Positions 24,962-25,260 of a stretch of DNA of 25,260 nucleotides are shown here, one piece after another (positions within the stretch are counted from its first letter, which is position 1; every line of letters starts with the position of its first letter). The stretch is from IMG/VR virus record IMGVR_UViG_3300016357_000014, positions 1 to 25,260 of that record, one strand, 5' to 3'. The notes beneath the pieces were generated by a model, which was not told the origin of the DNA, did no database searches, and saw only the letters and a list, made by a program, of their open reading frames with translations. Made by a program: the position numbers and the translations under genes. The stretch comes from a virus. Its lineage: Duplodnaviria; Caudoviricetes.

Positions 24962-25260
24962 ATAGCTCCGCCAAGCTCACTAATGCTGTTGAAGGCATTG
25001 ACCTGAAATATTGGAAGGATGTCATTGACGCTGGGAACATTGCCATTGATGGTGACACGCAACCGCACCGCCATGGCATGACCCAAAGCATCCACTGACA
25101 GCCATGAAATGTAGTTCCTGTTGCCTCCGGCCCATAGCGCACTATCCCAAAGGTCAATATTCCATAATGAGCCGCCAATAATCTCACTGACAGTGGCAAC
25201 TGCGGTTGACACTTCAAAGTCAGTATCAATGGCCAATGTAGGGGTGGTAGTTTGTCCTAT
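24958..25260 (-). CDS. 5'-partial tail/DNA stabilisation protein (P22 gp10 / tail tubular B-like), C-terminus
   Basis: The frame is open to the window end. It contains the W-rich motif SLWNIDLWDSALWAG and terminal beta strands ending ELGGAI, and overlaps the GNAT gene by ATGA. Confidence 0.6.
   Translation of the reverse strand: MGQTTTPTLAIDTDFEVSTAVATVSEIIGGSLWNIDLWDSALWAGGNRNYISWLSVDALGHAMAVRLRVTINGNVPSVNDILPIFQVNAFNSISELGGAI

Noticed and set aside
1-25260. Stop-codon recoding, tRNAs, CRISPR arrays, integrase/att sites, reverse transcriptase or DGR
   Set aside because: Genes tile densely in the standard code and use all three stops, and no such elements were recognised by eye.

Overview
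A 25 kb piece of a tailed dsDNA phage genome, roughly 50% GC by eye, made of two convergent gene blocks that meet at a terminator near 14.4 kb. The + strand block (1-14381) covers DNA replication and recombination. It encodes an amino-type DNA methyltransferase, a bacterial-type beta clamp, a family A polymerase with an N-terminal family 4 uracil-DNA glycosylase domain, and a DnaX-like clamp loader. It also encodes UvsY-like, gp32-like SSB, RecA/UvsX-like, Hjc-type resolvase and SbcD/SbcC proteins, a GcrA homologue and two free-standing HNH endonucleases. The - strand block (14458 to beyond 25260) is a podovirus-like late operon: tail stabilisation protein, GNAT protein, probable ejection proteins, collar-domain tail fibre, secreted alpha/beta hydrolase, holin, amidase-DPBB endolysin and a P-loop kinase. 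GcrA and the scarcity of GANTC sites point to an alphaproteobacterial host. The main leads are: (1) strong avoidance of TCG/CGA except in two small islands, next to a UDG-polymerase fusion and an orphan methyltransferase; (2) a phage GcrA in a GANTC-poor genome; (3) a tail fibre that appears to start at ATT, back-to-back with an antisense membrane gene; (4) a multi-stem RNA structure over the polymerase start; (5) RlpA-like DPBB domains in both an ejection protein and the endolysin. All calls come from motif recognition and hand counts, and no searches were run.
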